A program made the position numbers and the translations under genes. From Anthoceros angustus (taxonomy: Eukaryota; Plantae; Anthocerotophyta), in contig VJWM01000204.1 in assembly GCA_010909165.1 (NCBI GenBank), positions 248,001 through 312,000 of the forward strand: a stretch of DNA of 64,000 bases. The letters are read 5' to 3'. This document shows, one piece after another, positions 63,014 to 64,000 of this stretch. Positions within the stretch are counted from its first letter, which is position 1. Each line of letters begins with the position of its first letter. The notes under the pieces are model-generated. The model did no database searches. It worked only from the letters and a program-made list of their open reading frames with translations, and had not been told where the DNA came from.

Positions 63014-63682
63014 TTAGGAGGAATCCACAAATTGGGCGAAGATGGAGTGCAATTGCTCCACCTCCTTTCCGCTGATGAAGAAAGACTTGGCCAGCAGCTC
63101 CGTCTTGATTCCTGACCCGAACAGCGAGATGGCATGAGCTGGAGGCCCGGGTTCTGGCTGTTGAGCACATTGAGGCTGGCGGCGTGCGTTGTGCCCACAT
63201 TGAGCTGGAAGTGGAGCAAGCCTCTGGGAAGATGAAGGCCTCGCCCTTCTTCACCACCTTGGCGTACAGATTGGAGACGAAGCCCGTGTAAATCTCCCTT
63301 CGAGGCAGAAAAGAATCTCGGTGGCCAGGTTGTGGGTGTGGGGCATAACGACACCGCCCGGCGCCAGGTCCAGGCGCGCCAGCGACAGACCCAGCGTGTT
63401 GAGAGCAGGCCAGTCGCTCACGAAGCCGGGAGTGGCGGTGGCGTTCAATGGGTTGCTCGTGAGGTCGGCCGGTTGCCCAGTTTAGCGAAGGCGAAATCTT
63501 CTGCTGTCACGCTGTCGGCCGGCCTGCAGGGTAGCCGTTGATGGTCGCTCCTTGGACAAATCGGCCACGCAGAAGTCCTGGAGAGGGTCGGAATCGCTGG
63601 CAGTGACCGCAATCGCAAGCAACAGCCCTGCGATCGCAGTCACAGCACCCACAAACTGGGTTGTCTTGGCTAAAGAGGCCAT
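63014..63682 (-). pseudogene. Germin-like protein copy 9 (twin of copy 5)
   Basis: Germin boxes; frameshifts shared with copy 5 plus a deletion at ~63268. Confidence 0.75.
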
Positions 63683-64000
63683 CGTGGAAGTGGACTGCAG
63701 CAGTGCAGGGACCTTGAGTTGCAAGTTGCTCTGATTCTTGAGAAGGATATTGGGACAAGCGCAATTCGCAAGCTGGGATACCTGAATCAACGGCAGGAGG
63801 ATATGGACGAAAACAGACGAGGGGCGTTGCTTTTACGGGCTTACCGCAGAGCGCAGCTTGAGGTGCAAGCGATGAGGAGAAACATTCCTCGCAACGCGGT
63901 GAGCAGGTCTGAGGTGATGCCGTACGACACTGGAGATGTCTAGACTGCAGCTGCCCAGCAAGCGTAAACGTGGAGTATACATGGGAACTAAAGTGCTGCT

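Larger units (their letters stand above)
59285..64000. repeat. Right arm of the large inverted duplication; 60708-63680 is also a direct paralog of 1-2950
   Basis: Mirror-image ORF sets, for example 40726..41049(-) matches 61019..61342(+). Confidence 0.92.

Overview
Eukaryotic nuclear DNA from a seed-free land plant. Short ~90-100 bp GT-AG introns, PLS-class PPRs, CYP704 and germin genes fit a hornwort, fern or lycophyte; the taxon is an inference. The window is a heavily rearranged cluster built from a few modules copied in direct and inverted orientation: nine intronless germin-like protein (cupin) copies, one apparently intact CYP704B-like P450 5' part running off the left edge plus two truncated pseudocopies, and several PLS-PPR pseudogene fragments. 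Mobile DNA includes a young full-length Ty1/copia element (182-bp LTRs, 1 mismatch, CCAAC TSD) with two extra non-retroviral ORFs, nested in a LINE fragment inside a 12.7-kb insertion with an 11-bp direct repeat. There is also a small TIR element and a MULE/SWIM transposase fragment. The most unusual feature is a ~11.6-kb element (21894-33467) with GC-rich imperfect subterminal inverted repeats, carrying a degenerate intron-containing Crypton/DUF3504-type tyrosine recombinase and a divergent unknown multi-exon gene. Many -1 frameshifts sit in G/C homopolymers and may be long-read assembly errors. All alignments and translations were done by eye; no searches were run.
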